Below, piece by piece: positions 40,761 through 51,448 of a stretch of DNA of 64,000 nucleotides (within the stretch, counting starts at the first letter, position 1; every line of letters starts with the position of its first letter). Position numbers and translations under genes: made by a program. The stretch covers positions 14,624 through 78,623 of the forward strand of contig DASUUK010000075.1 in the NCBI GenBank assembly GCA_036374135.1. Reading direction: 5' to 3'. Origin of the DNA: Euzebyales bacterium (GTDB lineage: Bacteria > Actinomycetota > Nitriliruptoria > Euzebyales > JAHELV01). The notes under the pieces are model-generated. The model searched no databases and was not told where the DNA came from. It worked only from the letters and a program-made list of their open reading frames with translations.

Positions 40761-41972
40761 GTGAGCGACGGGGTTCGCCTGTTCACGTCGGAATCGGTGA
40801 CCGAGGGGCACCCGGACAAGGTGGCCGACCAGGTGTCGGACGCGGTGCTCGACGCCGTGCTGGCCGGCGATCCCGATCCGGCGAGAGCCCGGGTGGCGTG
40901 TGAGACGTTCGTGACCACGGGACTGGTGCTCGTCGGCGGCGAACTGCGTACCGGCACCTACGTCGACATCGCCGACATCGCGCGGTCGACGATCACCGAC
41001 ATCGGCTACGACAGCCCGGCCAGCGGCTTCGACGGTCGCACGTGCGGCGTGCTGGTCGCGATCGACGAGCAGTCGCCCGACATCGCCGCCGGCGTGGACC
41101 GGTCCTACGAGCTGCGCGAGGGCGCAGGTGGCGCCGATGCCGACCTCGACGGGCTCGGCGCCGGCGACCAGGGCATGATGTTCGGCTACGCGTGCCGTGA
41201 GACGGACGCACTGATGCCGCTGCCCATCCAGCTCGCCCACCGGCTGGCGGAACGCCTCGCCGAGGTCCGTCGCTCGGGCGTCGTGCCGTACCTGCTGCCG
41301 GACGGCAAGACCCAGGTGACCGTCGCGTACGAGGGCGACAAGCCGGTCCGCATCGAGCGGGTGCTGATCTCGGCACAGCACCGCGCGGACATCGACGTCC
41401 GGACGCTGCTGCTGCCGGACCTCGTGGAGCACGTCGTGGCGCCGACCGTCCCGGCGGGCATCGCCTGGGACGACCGGGAGGTGCTCGTGAACCCCAGCGG
41501 CCGGTTCGAGCTGGGCGGCCCGCAGGCCGACGCCGGGCTGACGGGACGGAAGGTGATCGTCGACACCTATGGCGGCATGGCCCGCCACGGTGGTGGCGCG
41601 TTCAGCGGCAAGGACGCCACCAAGGTCGACCGGTCGGCGGCCTACGCCGCCCGGTGGGTGGCCAAGAACGTGGTGGCGGCCGGACTCGCCGACCGCGTAG
41701 AGCTGCAGGTCGCCTACGCGATCGGTCGTGCGCGGCCCATGTCGCTGGGCGTCGACACGTTCGACACCGCCCACGTCGATCCCGACCGGATCGTCGCGGC
41801 GATCGACGAGGTCTTCGACCTGCGCCCCGCCGCGATCATCCGCGATCTGAACCTGCTGGCACCGGTGTTCAGAAAGACGGCGGTCTACGGTCACTTCGGG
41901 CGCAACGGTCCAGGGTTCACCTGGGAGCGCACCGACCGGACCGACGACCTGGTGCGGGCCGCCCGCGCGTGA
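40761..41972 (+). CDS. metK: S-adenosylmethionine synthase
   Basis: 403 aa. [41 protein letters not shown]. Confidence 0.95.
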   Translation: MSDGVRLFTSESVTEGHPDKVADQVSDAVLDAVLAGDPDPARARVACETFVTTGLVLVGGELRTGTYVDIADIARSTITDIGYDSPASGFDGRTCGVLVAIDEQSPDIAAGVDRSYELREGAGGADADLDGLGAGDQGMMFGYACRETDALMPLPIQLAHRLAERLAEVRRSGVVPYLLPDGKTQVTVAYEGDKPVRIERVLISAQHRADIDVRTLLLPDLVEHVVAPTVPAGIAWDDREVLVNPSGRFELGGPQADAGLTGRKVIVDTYGGMARHGGGAFSGKDATKVDRSAAYAARWVAKNVVAAGLADRVELQVAYAIGRARPMSLGVDTFDTAHVDPDRIVAAIDEVFDLRPAAIIRDLNLLAPVFRKTAVYGHFGRNGPGFTWERTDRTDDLVRAARA

Positions 41973-43915
41973 CCGCTCGGCGCTACGCACGGGTGATCGT
42001 CGACGTCGAACCGCTGCACCTGGACCGGCCGTTCGACTACTCCGTGCCCGACGGCGTGACCGTCGGACCCGGCCACGAGGTGCGCGTGAGCTTCGCGGGA
42101 CGCCGGCGCAACGGCTGGGTCGTGGACGTCGGGACGTCCACCAACGCCGACCCGGCGCAGATCAAGGCGCTCGTCGACGTCCGCGGCCCGGTGGCGCGGT
42201 TCGACGCGGACGATCTGCGCCTGTGCCGCTGGGTCGCACGGCGGTGGGGTGGCACGCTGGCCAGCGTGCTCCGCCACGCGATCCCCAGGCGTGTGGCCGC
42301 CGCCGAGGACGCCATCGCCGGATGGGGCGACCCCGCGGACGTCACCGCCGCCGAGCGGCCACCGTGTCCGACGCGCGCATGGGCCCACTACGCGGGGTCG
42401 GCGCTGCTGCGTGCGGCGGCGTCGCCACCGGACGGCGCAGGTCCGGCGCCGGCCTTCTGGCTGCGGCCCCTGCCCGACGACGACGTCGCGGATCTGGTCG
42501 TCGACCTCGTGGACCGCTGCCTGGCCGCCGGGCGTAGCGCGCTCGTGCTGGCGCCGGATCCGCATTCGCCGGTGCCCGACGCCTGCCTGGCGCGGGTCGG
42601 ACGTGACGGCGCGGACCTGCGGGGTGCCCGTTCGGACCGTGCGCGCTACCGCGCATTCCTGCGCGGCCGGACCGGTCACGCGCGGGTCATGGTCGGCGAG
42701 CGCGGTGCGGTCTTCGGACCACTGCGGCACCTGGGGCTGATCGTCGTCACCGACGAGGCCAACCCCGCCTACAAAGAACGTCGCAGCCCGCGCCACCACG
42801 CGCGTGACGTCGCGCTGGCGCGCGGCCGGATGGTCGGTGCGACGACGGTCCTGACCGGAGCGCTGCCCAGCGCGGCGGTCCATCGCCTGCTGAGCCGGGG
42901 TGACGTCGTCGTGGTCGACGCGCCGCGGGCCCGCGTGCGGGAGCAAGCCCCACGCGTCGACGTGGTCGACCCGCATGAGCGCCAGACCGTCCGCAGCCGC
43001 CTGTCGGCGCCGGCCGACGACGCAGTGCGCGCCGCGGTCGCCGCCGACGGCGCCGCGGTCGTGCTGGTGGCGCGCCGCGGCGACGGGACGGTGCTGGCGT
43101 GCAGGCGCTGTGGTCTGCGCGCCGCGTGTCCTGTGTGCGAGGGATCGCTCGCACCGTCGCGCGGCGGCGCACGTCGCTGCGCAACGTGCGGCTGGCAGGG
43201 TCCCGCCGAGCCCTGCGCGGCGTGTGCGGACACCGCGTTCGCCCCGCTCGCCGCCGGCACGACGCGCTGGGGCGCCGAACTGCGCACGGCCTACCCCGAG
43301 GCCGACGTCGTCGTGATGGAGGGCTTCGACGCCGAGGGGCCCGCCAGGCGTCCGGCCATCGCCGTCATGACGCGTGGCAGCGTGGTGCGGCGCCCAGCCT
43401 GGCTCGCCGATGCCACAGCGGATGTCCTGGTCCTGCCCGACGCCGACGCCCTGCTCGGTCGTCCCCGCTACGACGCGGCGGAGGACCTGCTGCGGCTGTG
43501 CCTGACCGCGGTGTGGACACGCCACATGGTCATCCAGACGCGGCAGCCCGCCCACCCCGCCATCCAGGCGTTGGTCCGGTGGGATCCCGACGGGTTCTGG
43601 CGGGGCGAGGCGGCCCGCCGTGCCGAGCTCGGGTATCCGCCGAGTCGCGTGCTGGTCAACGTCGACCTGCCCACCGGCGACGCCGAGACGCTCACGGACG
43701 CCATCCGCAGCGCGCTGCCACCGGACGACGAGCTGACCGGTCCCGACCTGGATGGCCGCGTCGTCGTGAAGAGCAACGATCCACGTGGCACGCTGTCGGC
43801 GCTCGACCCGGTGCGCCGGCGGTGGGCACGACAGGACCGCCGCGTGACGGTCGATGTCGATCCGGTGCCGTCACTGGACCGGATCGCCCAGCCCGGTCCC
43901 ATGGCGCCGGCGTAG
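41969..43915 (+). CDS. priA: Primosomal protein N' (PriA) homolog with degenerate ATPase motifs
   Basis: GTG 41969 (GTGA overlap with metK) inside ORF 41654..43915. [23 protein letters not shown]-terminus and Cys-rich zinc region CRRCG...CPVC...CATCG...CAAC. No GxGKT was found where Walker A is expected. Confidence 0.8.
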   Translation: MTARRYARVIVDVEPLHLDRPFDYSVPDGVTVGPGHEVRVSFAGRRRNGWVVDVGTSTNADPAQIKALVDVRGPVARFDADDLRLCRWVARRWGGTLASVLRHAIPRRVAAAEDAIAGWGDPADVTAAERPPCPTRAWAHYAGSALLRAAASPPDGAGPAPAFWLRPLPDDDVADLVVDLVDRCLAAGRSALVLAPDPHSPVPDACLARVGRDGADLRGARSDRARYRAFLRGRTGHARVMVGERGAVFGPLRHLGLIVVTDEANPAYKERRSPRHHARDVALARGRMVGATTVLTGALPSAAVHRLLSRGDVVVVDAPRARVREQAPRVDVVDPHERQTVRSRLSAPADDAVRAAVAADGAAVVLVARRGDGTVLACRRCGLRAACPVCEGSLAPSRGGARRCATCGWQGPAEPCAACADTAFAPLAAGTTRWGAELRTAYPEADVVVMEGFDAEGPARRPAIAVMTRGSVVRRPAWLADATADVLVLPDADALLGRPRYDAAEDLLRLCLTAVWTRHMVIQTRQPAHPAIQALVRWDPDGFWRGEAARRAELGYPPSRVLVNVDLPTGDAETLTDAIRSALPPDDELTGPDLDGRVVVKSNDPRGTLSALDPVRRRWARQDRRVTVDVDPVPSLDRIAQPGPMAPA

Positions 43916-43999
43916 GCGTGGCCGGGCCGGACACAGACGGACGGCGGAGCGTGGTCTTCGCCGGAGCACGTGCGGGACCGGACGGAAAGAGGAGTTGAC

Positions 44000-44524
44000 A
44001 TGGCGCGACGCGACATCACCATCTTCGGTGACCCGGTCCTGCGGATGCGCGCCCGTGAGGTGACCGACTTCGACGCCGCGCTGCGCGAGCTGGCCGACGA
44101 CATGCTCGACACGCTCCGTGGCGCCAAGGGCGTGGGCCTGGCAGCCAACCAGGTGGGCGTGCTCAAGCGGCTGTTCGTGTGGGAGCACGGAGACCGCCAC
44201 GGCGTGTTCGTGAACCCCGAGCTGCGGGAGACCTCCGAGGAGACGGTCGTCGACGACGAGGGCTGCCTGTCGTTCCCGGGCCTGTTCTATCCGGCGGAAC
44301 GTCCGCGACGCGCCCGGATGCGCGGGTTCGACGTGCACGGTGAGCCGATCGAGGAGGTCGGTGAGGACATGTTCGCCCGGATCCTCATGCACGAGCTCGA
44401 CCATCTGAACGGCATCCTGTTCATCGACCACCTCGCGCGCCACGATCGCAAGGAGGCGATGCGGCGGATCCGGCGCGGCGAGCTCGAGCACCCACCCGAG
44501 CCGACCCCGGCGCGAGAGCTGTGA
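44000..44524 (+). CDS. def: Peptide deformylase
   Basis: ATG 44000 after GAAAGAGGAG. GVGLAANQVG, EGCLSFPG, HELDHLNG. Confidence 0.9.
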   Translation: MARRDITIFGDPVLRMRAREVTDFDAALRELADDMLDTLRGAKGVGLAANQVGVLKRLFVWEHGDRHGVFVNPELRETSEETVVDDEGCLSFPGLFYPAERPRRARMRGFDVHGEPIEEVGEDMFARILMHELDHLNGILFIDHLARHDRKEAMRRIRRGELEHPPEPTPAREL

Positions 44525-44573
44525 GTGCCCGGGCCCGCGGTCGCCACGCGCAGGGTCCCGCCCGGAGCCGCCC

Positions 44574-45497
44574 ATGAGGGTCGCGTTCTTCGGCACGCCC
44601 GGTCCGGCTGTCCCGGCGCTGCGGGCGCTGCTCGCCGACGCGCGCGTCGTGGTGCCACTGGTCGTCACGAACCCGGACCGTCCGCGTGGCCGGGGACATC
44701 AGCTGGCCCCGCCCCCGGTGAAGGTCGCCGCGTCGGAGGCGGGCGTCGACGTCATCCAGCCGCGGCGCGCGTCGGAGGCGGGTCCGCAGCTGGCCGAGCG
44801 CGGCGTGGACGTGTGCGCCGTGGTGGCGTACGGCCAGATCCTGCCGTCGTCGCTGCTGGCCGTCCCGCCGCACGGCTTCGTGAACCTGCACTTCTCGGTG
44901 CTGCCCGCGTGGCGCGGCGCCGCGCCGGTCCCTGCGAGCATCCTGGCCGGCGACCGCGAGACCGGCGTGACCTGCTTCGTGCTGGACGCGGGGATGGACA
45001 CCGGTCCGGTGCTCGCGACGCGGACCACCCGCATCGGGCCCTCGGAGACGTCGGGCGAGCTGACCGCACGGCTCGCCGATCTCGGCGCGCCGCTGCTCGT
45101 GGAGGCGATCGCCGGTCTCGTGGGCGGCAGCATCGCCCCGCGGCCGCAGGACGACGCAGCAGCCACCTATGCATCCAAGATCGCCCCGGAGGACGCCCGG
45201 CTGGACTGGACGGACGCGGCTGAGCGCCTGCACCGTGCCGTGCGGGCGTACAACCCCGTACCCGGCGCGCACACGACGTTCCGTGACGCCCGGCTCAAGC
45301 TGCACCGGGCGCAGATCGTTCCGGCCACCGGCACCCCCGGCACGGTGACCGGCGTGGACGACCGCACTGGCGCGCCGGTGGTCGCCTGCGGAGTCGAGGC
45401 GCTGCGGCTCGACGAGGTCCAACCGGCGGGCAAGCGGACCATGTCAGGCGCCGCCTTCGTCAACGGGTACCAACCGGTGGGGGAGGTGCTGCGATGA
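44574..45497 (+). CDS. fmt: Methionyl-tRNA formyltransferase
   Basis: 307 aa. MRVAFFGTP, NLHFSVLPAWRGAAP. Confidence 0.9.
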   Translation: MRVAFFGTPGPAVPALRALLADARVVVPLVVTNPDRPRGRGHQLAPPPVKVAASEAGVDVIQPRRASEAGPQLAERGVDVCAVVAYGQILPSSLLAVPPHGFVNLHFSVLPAWRGAAPVPASILAGDRETGVTCFVLDAGMDTGPVLATRTTRIGPSETSGELTARLADLGAPLLVEAIAGLVGGSIAPRPQDDAAATYASKIAPEDARLDWTDAAERLHRAVRAYNPVPGAHTTFRDARLKLHRAQIVPATGTPGTVTGVDDRTGAPVVACGVEALRLDEVQPAGKRTMSGAAFVNGYQPVGEVLR

Positions 45498-45549
45498 GGC
45501 GACGCGGCCCGGCTGTCCGCCGAGCGCGAACCGATCGCGGATCCGGCCG

Positions 45550-47121
45550 GTGAGCGCGGACGACGCCCGGGCGGTCGCGTGGCGCATCGTGCGGACCGTG
45601 CACCGCGACGGCGCGTGGACCGGTCCGGTGGTCGACCGCGCACTGACCGCCAGCAACCTCGACGCGCGGGACCGTGCCTTCGCCAGCAACCTCGCGTTCC
45701 AGACCCTGCGGTGGGAGGGGACGCTGGACTGGGCGCTCGGCCACGTGGTGCGGCGCGGGCTGGCCAGCGTCGATGACGACGCGCTCGACCTGCTGCGGTG
45801 CGGTGCCTGGCAGCTGCTGTTCGGTCGCGTGCCCGATCGCGCGGCCGTGTCGGCCACCGTCGACGTCGCGCGGGCGCAGCTGGGTGCGCGGGTCGTCGGG
45901 TTCGTCAACGGCGTGCTGCGCAACCTCGCCCGGCGGCGTCCGACACTGCCGTGGCCTCCCGCGGACAGCGTCGCCGGCAGAGCGCTGCGGCTGGGCTACC
46001 CGCGCTGGGTCGTCGACGAGGCGGACGCCCGGTTCGGCCCGGCCGCTGACCGCGAGCTCGACGCCGGCAACCAGCCGCCCGAGCTGACGGTCCGGACGAC
46101 CGGGGCATCGGACGCCGCCGACGTGCTTACCGCGGCGGGCGCGAACGTCGAACCCGGGCGGTTGGCACCGGACGCCCTCCACGTCGACGGGATCGCGCCG
46201 CCGGCGGTGCTCCGGCACGTCCCGCGTGCCGTGATCCAGGACGAGGCGTCCATGGTCGTCGGTCGGGTCGCGGCCGCTGCGTTCGCCCGGACACGCGGCG
46301 ACACCGACCGGGCCACCGAGGGCGTGCGTGTGCTCGACGCGTGTGCGGCGCCGGGTGGCAAGGCCAGCCACCTGGCCGCGCTGGGATGCGCGGTGATCGC
46401 CGCGGACCGCTCCGTCGACCGGCTCGGGCTGGTGGCCGACCTCGGCCGGCGCCTCGACCTGCCGATCGGGCTGCTCGCGGCCGACGGCGCGCGACCACCC
46501 TGGCGGGCGGGTGTGTTCGACGGCGTGCTGCTGGATGCTCCCTGCAGCGGGCTCGGGGTCGTGCGCCGCCGTCCGGAGCTGCGGTGGCGGCGAAACGCCG
46601 GCGACGTCGAGAACCTGGCCGCGGTGCAGGCGCGCCTGCTGGAGGCGTCGGCCGGCACGGTGGCCGGCGGCGGAGCACTGGTGTACAGCGTCTGCACGTG
46701 GACCCGCGCGGAGACGATCGACGTCGTCGAGGCGTTCCTGGAGGCGCACCCGGCGTTCGTGTGCGAACCGGTCACGGCACGCGACGAGGGGCCGCAACCA
46801 ACCACCGGCGCCGCGGGTCCGGGCCTGCAGTTGACGTCGGCCGTCCACGGTTGCGACGGGATGTACATCGCCGTGCTCCGGCACCGGGGGTCACGCCGAC
46901 GGACGCAGGTCGACGCTAGGCTTGGTGGCACGTGGCCGCCTGGCGGCCGCGCGCCTTCGGGGCAGGGTGCAACTCCCGACCGGCGGTGGCCCACGATCAG
47001 TGGGAAGCCCGCGACCCGGCCGACAGCTCGGACGGTGGACCCGGTGCGTACGCACGTAACAAGTCCGGGGCCGACGGTGACAGTCCGGAGAGGAGAAGGC
47101 GGAAAGGTCATCCGTGGATGA
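45550..47121 (+). CDS. rsmB: 16S rRNA (cytosine-C5)-methyltransferase RsmB/Sun (the last ~75 codons run through the FMN riboswitch; true functional C-terminus uncertain)
   Basis: 523-aa ORF. NusB-like N-terminal domain, SAM-binding DACAAPGGK, DAPCSGLGVVRRRPE, YSVCT, and the family-typical end DGMYIAVLR near 46890. No stop codon until 47121. Confidence 0.8.
   Translation: MSADDARAVAWRIVRTVHRDGAWTGPVVDRALTASNLDARDRAFASNLAFQTLRWEGTLDWALGHVVRRGLASVDDDALDLLRCGAWQLLFGRVPDRAAVSATVDVARAQLGARVVGFVNGVLRNLARRRPTLPWPPADSVAGRALRLGYPRWVVDEADARFGPAADRELDAGNQPPELTVRTTGASDAADVLTAAGANVEPGRLAPDALHVDGIAPPAVLRHVPRAVIQDEASMVVGRVAAAAFARTRGDTDRATEGVRVLDACAAPGGKASHLAALGCAVIAADRSVDRLGLVADLGRRLDLPIGLLAADGARPPWRAGVFDGVLLDAPCSGLGVVRRRPELRWRRNAGDVENLAAVQARLLEASAGTVAGGGALVYSVCTWTRAETIDVVEAFLEAHPAFVCEPVTARDEGPQPTTGAAGPGLQLTSAVHGCDGMYIAVLRHRGSRRRTQVDARLGGTWPPGGRAPSGQGATPDRRWPTISGKPATRPTARTVDPVRTHVTSPGPTVTVRRGEGGKVIRG
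46951..47102 (+). promoter_or_regulatory. FMN riboswitch (RFN element) upstream of ribD
   Basis: CCTTCGGGGCAGGGTGCAACTCCCGACCGGCGGT ... AGCCCGCGACCCG ... GGTGGACCCGGTG ... AAGTCCGGGGCCGACGGTGACAGTCCGGA..GAGAAGG matches the conserved RFN core blocks. P1 pairs GCCTTC with GAAGGC. It ends 12 nt before the ribD start. Confidence 0.9.
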
Positions 47122-48193
47122 CGTGCGTGCGATGCGTCGCGCGCTCGACCTTGCCGAGCGCGGGCGCGCGACCGTGTCACCGAACCCGATGGTGGGATGC
47201 GTCATCGTGGCCGGCCGTGACGTCGTCGGCGAGGGCTGGCACGAGGCCGCCGGCGGACCCCACGCCGAGATCGTCGCGCTCGACGCGGCCGGCGAGCGGG
47301 CAACGGGCGCGACGGTCTACACCACGCTCGAACCGTGCAGCCACACCGGGCGCACGCCGCCGTGCGTCGACGCGCTGATCCGCGCCCGGGTCGGACGCGT
47401 GGTCATCGCCGCGACCGACCCGAACCCCGTCGCGGCGGGCGGCGCCGACGCGCTCAGGCGGGTCGGCATCGCGGTCGACGTCGGGCTGCTGCGCGACGAC
47501 GCCGTCGCCCAGAACGAGATCTTCCGGCACGGCGTGCGGACCCACCGGCCGTTCGTGTGGCTCAAGGGTGCCGTCAGCCTGGACGGCCGCGTGGCCGCCG
47601 CCGACGGTTCCTCCCGCTGGGTGACCGGCGACGGCGCGAGAGGCCACGCACACGCGCTCCGCGGCCGCGTCGACGCGATCGTCGTCGGCTCGGGCACGCT
47701 GCTCACCGACGATCCACAGCTGACCGTGCGGCTCGACGGCTGGCGCGGACCGCAGCCGCTGCGCGTCGTGCTGGACGGGCGGGCACGCACGCCGGTCGAC
47801 GCGCGCGTCCACGACCCCGACGGCCGCTCGCTGGTGCTCGTGGCGCCCGGCGCGCGCGACGACGCCCTGCGCCACGCGCGCATCGCGGTTGAGCGGGTCA
47901 CGACGGGGGCGGACGGGCGGCTGGCGCCACGAGCCGTCCTCGACGCCCTGTGGCAGCGTGGTGTGCGCAGCGTGCTGATCGAGGGCGGACCGACGGTGCT
48001 GACATCGTTCGTGGTGGCCGGGTGCTTCGACCGCCTGATCATCTACACCGCGCCCCTGCTGCTCGGGGACGCCGCGCTGCCACTGGTCACCGACGGGCCG
48101 GCGTCGCTGGAGGACGCCGAGCGGTACGTGCTGCACGACGTCGAGCGGGTCGGCGGTGACGCCGTGCTCACGCTCGGCAGGCGAGAGGAGTAG
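47114..48193 (+). CDS. ribD: Bifunctional diaminohydroxyphosphoribosylaminopyrimidine deaminase / 5-amino-6-(5-phosphoribosylamino)uracil reductase
   Basis: 359 aa. Deaminase zinc motifs HAE and [14 protein letters not shown], plus a reductase domain. Confidence 0.9.
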   Translation: MDDVRAMRRALDLAERGRATVSPNPMVGCVIVAGRDVVGEGWHEAAGGPHAEIVALDAAGERATGATVYTTLEPCSHTGRTPPCVDALIRARVGRVVIAATDPNPVAAGGADALRRVGIAVDVGLLRDDAVAQNEIFRHGVRTHRPFVWLKGAVSLDGRVAAADGSSRWVTGDGARGHAHALRGRVDAIVVGSGTLLTDDPQLTVRLDGWRGPQPLRVVLDGRARTPVDARVHDPDGRSLVLVAPGARDDALRHARIAVERVTTGADGRLAPRAVLDALWQRGVRSVLIEGGPTVLTSFVVAGCFDRLIIYTAPLLLGDAALPLVTDGPASLEDAERYVLHDVERVGGDAVLTLGRREE

Positions 48194-48198
48194 GACAG

Positions 48199-48843
48199 AT
48201 GTTCACCGGCATCGTCGAGGCGGTCGGCACCGTCGTCGAGAACGCGCCAGGGCCGGCGGGCGGGCGGCTGACGGTCGCCCACCCGATGGCCGCCGACCTG
48301 CAGACCGGAGAGTCCGTCAGCGTCAACGGGTGCTGCGTCACGGTCACGCGCACCACACGGGACCGTTTCACCGCGGACCTGATGGGCGAGACGCTCGACC
48401 GGACGACGCTGGGTGGGCTGATGCCGGAGGCACCGGTCAACCTCGAGCGCGCGCTGGCGGCCAACGGGCGTCTGGGCGGGCACCTGGTCCAGGGTCACGT
48501 GGACGGCATCGGAACCGTCGTCGGCCTCACGCCTCACGACGGATGGACGGTGATGGCGGTGGCGGCCGGGCCGCGCCTGGCGCCTCACCTCGTGGAGAAG
48601 GGGTCGATCGCGATGGACGGCACGTCGCTGACCGTCATGGGCGTCGAACCCGCGCGGGAGGGCGGTGTGGTGTTCGAGGTGGGTCTGATCCCCCACACGC
48701 TCGACGTCACCGTGCTGGGTTCGCGGACGGTCGGCGACCGGGTCAACCTCGAGACCGACGTGATCGCCAAGTACGTCGAACGGCTCTTGTCCGCTGGCGC
48801 CGCGACCCCCTACGACGCGGTGACCGCCGAGGCACGGCCATGA
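48199..48843 (+). CDS. ribE: Riboflavin synthase alpha chain
   Basis: 214 aa. [12 protein letters not shown], internally duplicated lumazine-binding repeats. ATGA overlap with ribBA. Confidence 0.9.
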   Translation: MFTGIVEAVGTVVENAPGPAGGRLTVAHPMAADLQTGESVSVNGCCVTVTRTTRDRFTADLMGETLDRTTLGGLMPEAPVNLERALAANGRLGGHLVQGHVDGIGTVVGLTPHDGWTVMAVAAGPRLAPHLVEKGSIAMDGTSLTVMGVEPAREGGVVFEVGLIPHTLDVTVLGSRTVGDRVNLETDVIAKYVERLLSAGAATPYDAVTAEARP

Positions 48844-50063
48844 CCATGTCGAGCATCCCCGAGGCGCTGGCGGCGATCGCCGCGGGCGGTTGGGTCGTCG
48901 TCGTCGACGACGAGGACAGGGAGAACGAGGGCGACCTGGTCATGGCCGCCGAACTGGTCACGCCCGAGGCGGTGTCGTTCTGCGTCCGTCACACCTCGGG
49001 GGTGATCTGCGCCCCCATCACCAGCGAGCGCGCCGACGAGCTCGACCTGCCGCTGATGGTCCCGGTCAGCACGGACCCGCGTGGCACCGCGTACACCGTG
49101 TCGGTCGACGTCGCGGGTGTCACCACCACCGGCATCTCCGCGGCCGACCGCGCGGCGACGATCCGTGCGCTGGCCGACAAGGCGACCGCGAAGGCCGACC
49201 TGCAACGTCCCGGGCACGTGTTCCCCCTGCGCGCCGCTGACGGCGGCGTGCTGCGCCGCGCCGGCCACACGGAGGCTGCGGTCGACCTCGCGCGCATGGC
49301 GGGCGTGACGCCGGCGGGCGCGATCTGCGAGATCATCAACGACGATGGATCCATGGCCCGGCTGCCCGAGCTCGAACGCTTCGCGGCGACCTATGACCTG
49401 CCGCTGATCTCGATCGCCGATCTCATCGCGCACCGCCGCAAGCACGAGCAACTGGTGCACCGCGTGGCCGAAGCGACCATCCCCACCCCCTTCGGCCCGT
49501 TCCAGGCGATCGCCTACGAGTCCGACATCGACAGCAACCAGCACCTGGCGCTGGTGCGCGGCGATGTCGCCGGCCGCGAGGACGTGCTGGTCCGCATGCA
49601 CTCCGAGTGCCTCACCGGCGATGTCTTCGGCAGCCTCCGGTGCGACTGCGGCACGCAACTGCAGGACGCGCTGCGACAGATCGCCGAGGCGGAGCAGGGG
49701 GTCGTCGTCTACATCCGCGGCCACGAGGGCCGTGGCATCGGGATCGTGCACAAGCTGCAGGCCTACAAGCTGCAGGACGGCGGCCGTGACACCGTCGAGG
49801 CGAACATCGAGCTCGGGCTGCCCGCCGATGCGCGGGACTACGGCACCGGCGCCCAGATCCTCGTCGATCTCGGCCTGTCCACGCTGCGCCTGCTGACCAA
49901 CAACCCGTCCAAGCGGGCCGGCCTGGAAGGCTATGGTCTGCGTATCGTCGAGCGGGTGCCGCTGGAGACCACCCCGACGATGGAGAACCTGCACTACCTG
50001 CGGACCAAACGTGACCGCATGGGCCATGAGCTCGGTCTGCTCGACTCCGCACCACCGTCGTAG
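48840..50063 (+). CDS. ribBA: Bifunctional 3,4-dihydroxy-2-butanone-4-phosphate synthase / GTP cyclohydrolase II
   Basis: ATG 48840 inside ORF 48156..50063. [34 protein letters not shown]. Confidence 0.95.
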   Translation: MTMSSIPEALAAIAAGGWVVVVDDEDRENEGDLVMAAELVTPEAVSFCVRHTSGVICAPITSERADELDLPLMVPVSTDPRGTAYTVSVDVAGVTTTGISAADRAATIRALADKATAKADLQRPGHVFPLRAADGGVLRRAGHTEAAVDLARMAGVTPAGAICEIINDDGSMARLPELERFAATYDLPLISIADLIAHRRKHEQLVHRVAEATIPTPFGPFQAIAYESDIDSNQHLALVRGDVAGREDVLVRMHSECLTGDVFGSLRCDCGTQLQDALRQIAEAEQGVVVYIRGHEGRGIGIVHKLQAYKLQDGGRDTVEANIELGLPADARDYGTGAQILVDLGLSTLRLLTNNPSKRAGLEGYGLRIVERVPLETTPTMENLHYLRTKRDRMGHELGLLDSAPPS

Positions 50064-50075
50064 GAGGACCACACC

Positions 50076-50579
50076 ATGAGGATCGTCGAGGCCGCACTGG
50101 ACGGCACCGGCCTGCGGATCGGGATCGTCGTGACCCGGTTCAACGACACCGTCACCCGCCGCCTGCTCGACGGCGCGCTCGACAGCCTGCGCCGCCACGG
50201 CGTCCGCACCGATGACATCACCGTGGCCTGGGTGCCCGGCGGTTGGGAGCTGCCGGTCGTGGTGCGCCGCCTGGCGCAGCGGGGGGAGGTCGATGCGGTG
50301 ATCGCGCTGGCTGCCGTGGTACGGGGACAGACCGCGCACTTCGACTACGTGGCGGGCAACGCGGCCACGGTCGGGGGCGTGGCCGACGACACCGGTGTTC
50401 CCGTGTCGTTCGGCGTGCTGACCACCGAGACCTGGGAGCAGGCCGTCGACCGCGCCGGTGGCAAGCGCGGCAACGCCGGCGCCGAGGCGGCGCTGGCCGC
50501 GATCGAGACCGCCCGCGTGCTCGAGGCGATCGACAAGCCGACGACCGCCGACGCCAGCTGGCGGTCCGAGGAGGCCTGA
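50076..50579 (+). CDS. ribH: 6,7-dimethyl-8-ribityllumazine synthase
   Basis: 167 aa. IGIVVTRFND, WVPGGWELP, TAHFDYV. Confidence 0.95.
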   Translation: MRIVEAALDGTGLRIGIVVTRFNDTVTRRLLDGALDSLRRHGVRTDDITVAWVPGGWELPVVVRRLAQRGEVDAVIALAAVVRGQTAHFDYVAGNAATVGGVADDTGVPVSFGVLTTETWEQAVDRAGGKRGNAGAEAALAAIETARVLEAIDKPTTADASWRSEEA

Positions 50580-50587
50580 GCCCGGTC

Positions 50588-51376
50588 GTGCCGTCCGGCG
50601 CGCTCGTCGTCCCGATCTGCCTGCTGCTGGGGTTGGTCGCGGGGTCCTACGGGACCATCGTGATCGCCCGGGTGCCCGAGGGCGGTCCGCTGCGTGCGCC
50701 GGGGACGTGTCCGCGGTGCGGGCACGCCTTCCGCGGGCTCGACGGCGTCCCGGTGGCGTCGTGGCTGTGGCGGGGCGGTCGCTGCCGCGCGTGCGACGCG
50801 CCCATCAGCGTCGGGCAGCCGCTCGTCGAGCTCGCCTGCGGCCTGCTGTTCGGTGCGATCGGCTGGCGCATCGGCTGGACATGGGCGCTGCCGGGGTTCC
50901 TGCTGTTCGGCTGGCTGCTGCTGGTGGTCGCGGTCATCGACCTGCACACCAGGCGCATCCCGAACCGCCTGACGTATCCGCTGACACCGCTGCTGTTCGT
51001 GCTGCTCGCCACGGCTGCGGTGCTCGAGGGCACGCCCTGGGTGGCCGTGCGGAGTGCGCTCGCCGGCCTGGCCGCGTTCGTGCTGCTGCTCGTGCTCGCG
51101 CTGGTCAACCCGCGGGGGATGGGCATGGGGGACGTGAAGCTCGCCGGGTTCATCGGCCTGGGCCTCGGCTACCTGGGTTGGGCCCACCTCTGGCTGGGGC
51201 TCTTCCTCGGCTTCTTCGGCGGCGGGGTGATCGCGGGCCTGCTCCTCGCGCTGCGCCTGCGCACGCGCAAGGACCACATACCCTTCGGACCCTGGCTGGC
51301 GCTGGGCGCGCTGGCGTCGCTGCTGGTGGGACAGCCGATCATCGCTGCCTATCTAGGATGGGTCGGGTTGGCATGA
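50588..51376 (+). CDS. Prepilin peptidase (A24 family, PilD-like)
   Basis: GTG 50588 inside ORF 50243..51376. N-terminal CPRCGH...CRAC zinc motif, multi-TM, catalytic Asp contexts VIDLHTRRIPN and GMGDVKL. Confidence 0.8.
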   Translation: MPSGALVVPICLLLGLVAGSYGTIVIARVPEGGPLRAPGTCPRCGHAFRGLDGVPVASWLWRGGRCRACDAPISVGQPLVELACGLLFGAIGWRIGWTWALPGFLLFGWLLLVVAVIDLHTRRIPNRLTYPLTPLLFVLLATAAVLEGTPWVAVRSALAGLAAFVLLLVLALVNPRGMGMGDVKLAGFIGLGLGYLGWAHLWLGLFLGFFGGGVIAGLLLALRLRTRKDHIPFGPWLALGALASLLVGQPIIAAYLGWVGLA

Positions 51377-51448
51377 CGACCCGGGACGCCCGGGACCGCG
51401 TCACCGACGGACCGTTGCGCGGCACAACACGACCGACAGGAGCACACG

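Noticed and set aside
38037-41990. 1317-aa minus-strand ORF, the longest ORF in the supplied track
   Set aside because: It is exactly antisense to the well-supported mihF-gmk-rpoZ-coaBC-metK genes. Its translation is Arg/Gly/Asp/Pro/His-rich low complexity with no recognisable motifs. It is a typical stop-poor shadow ORF of very GC-rich DNA.
46891-47121. C-terminal ~75 residues of the rsmB ORF as a genuine extra protein domain
   Set aside because: The composition (Arg/Pro/Gly/Thr-rich) and exact coincidence with the FMN riboswitch indicate non-coding sequence that merely lacks a stop. It is kept as a finding about architecture, not as a domain.
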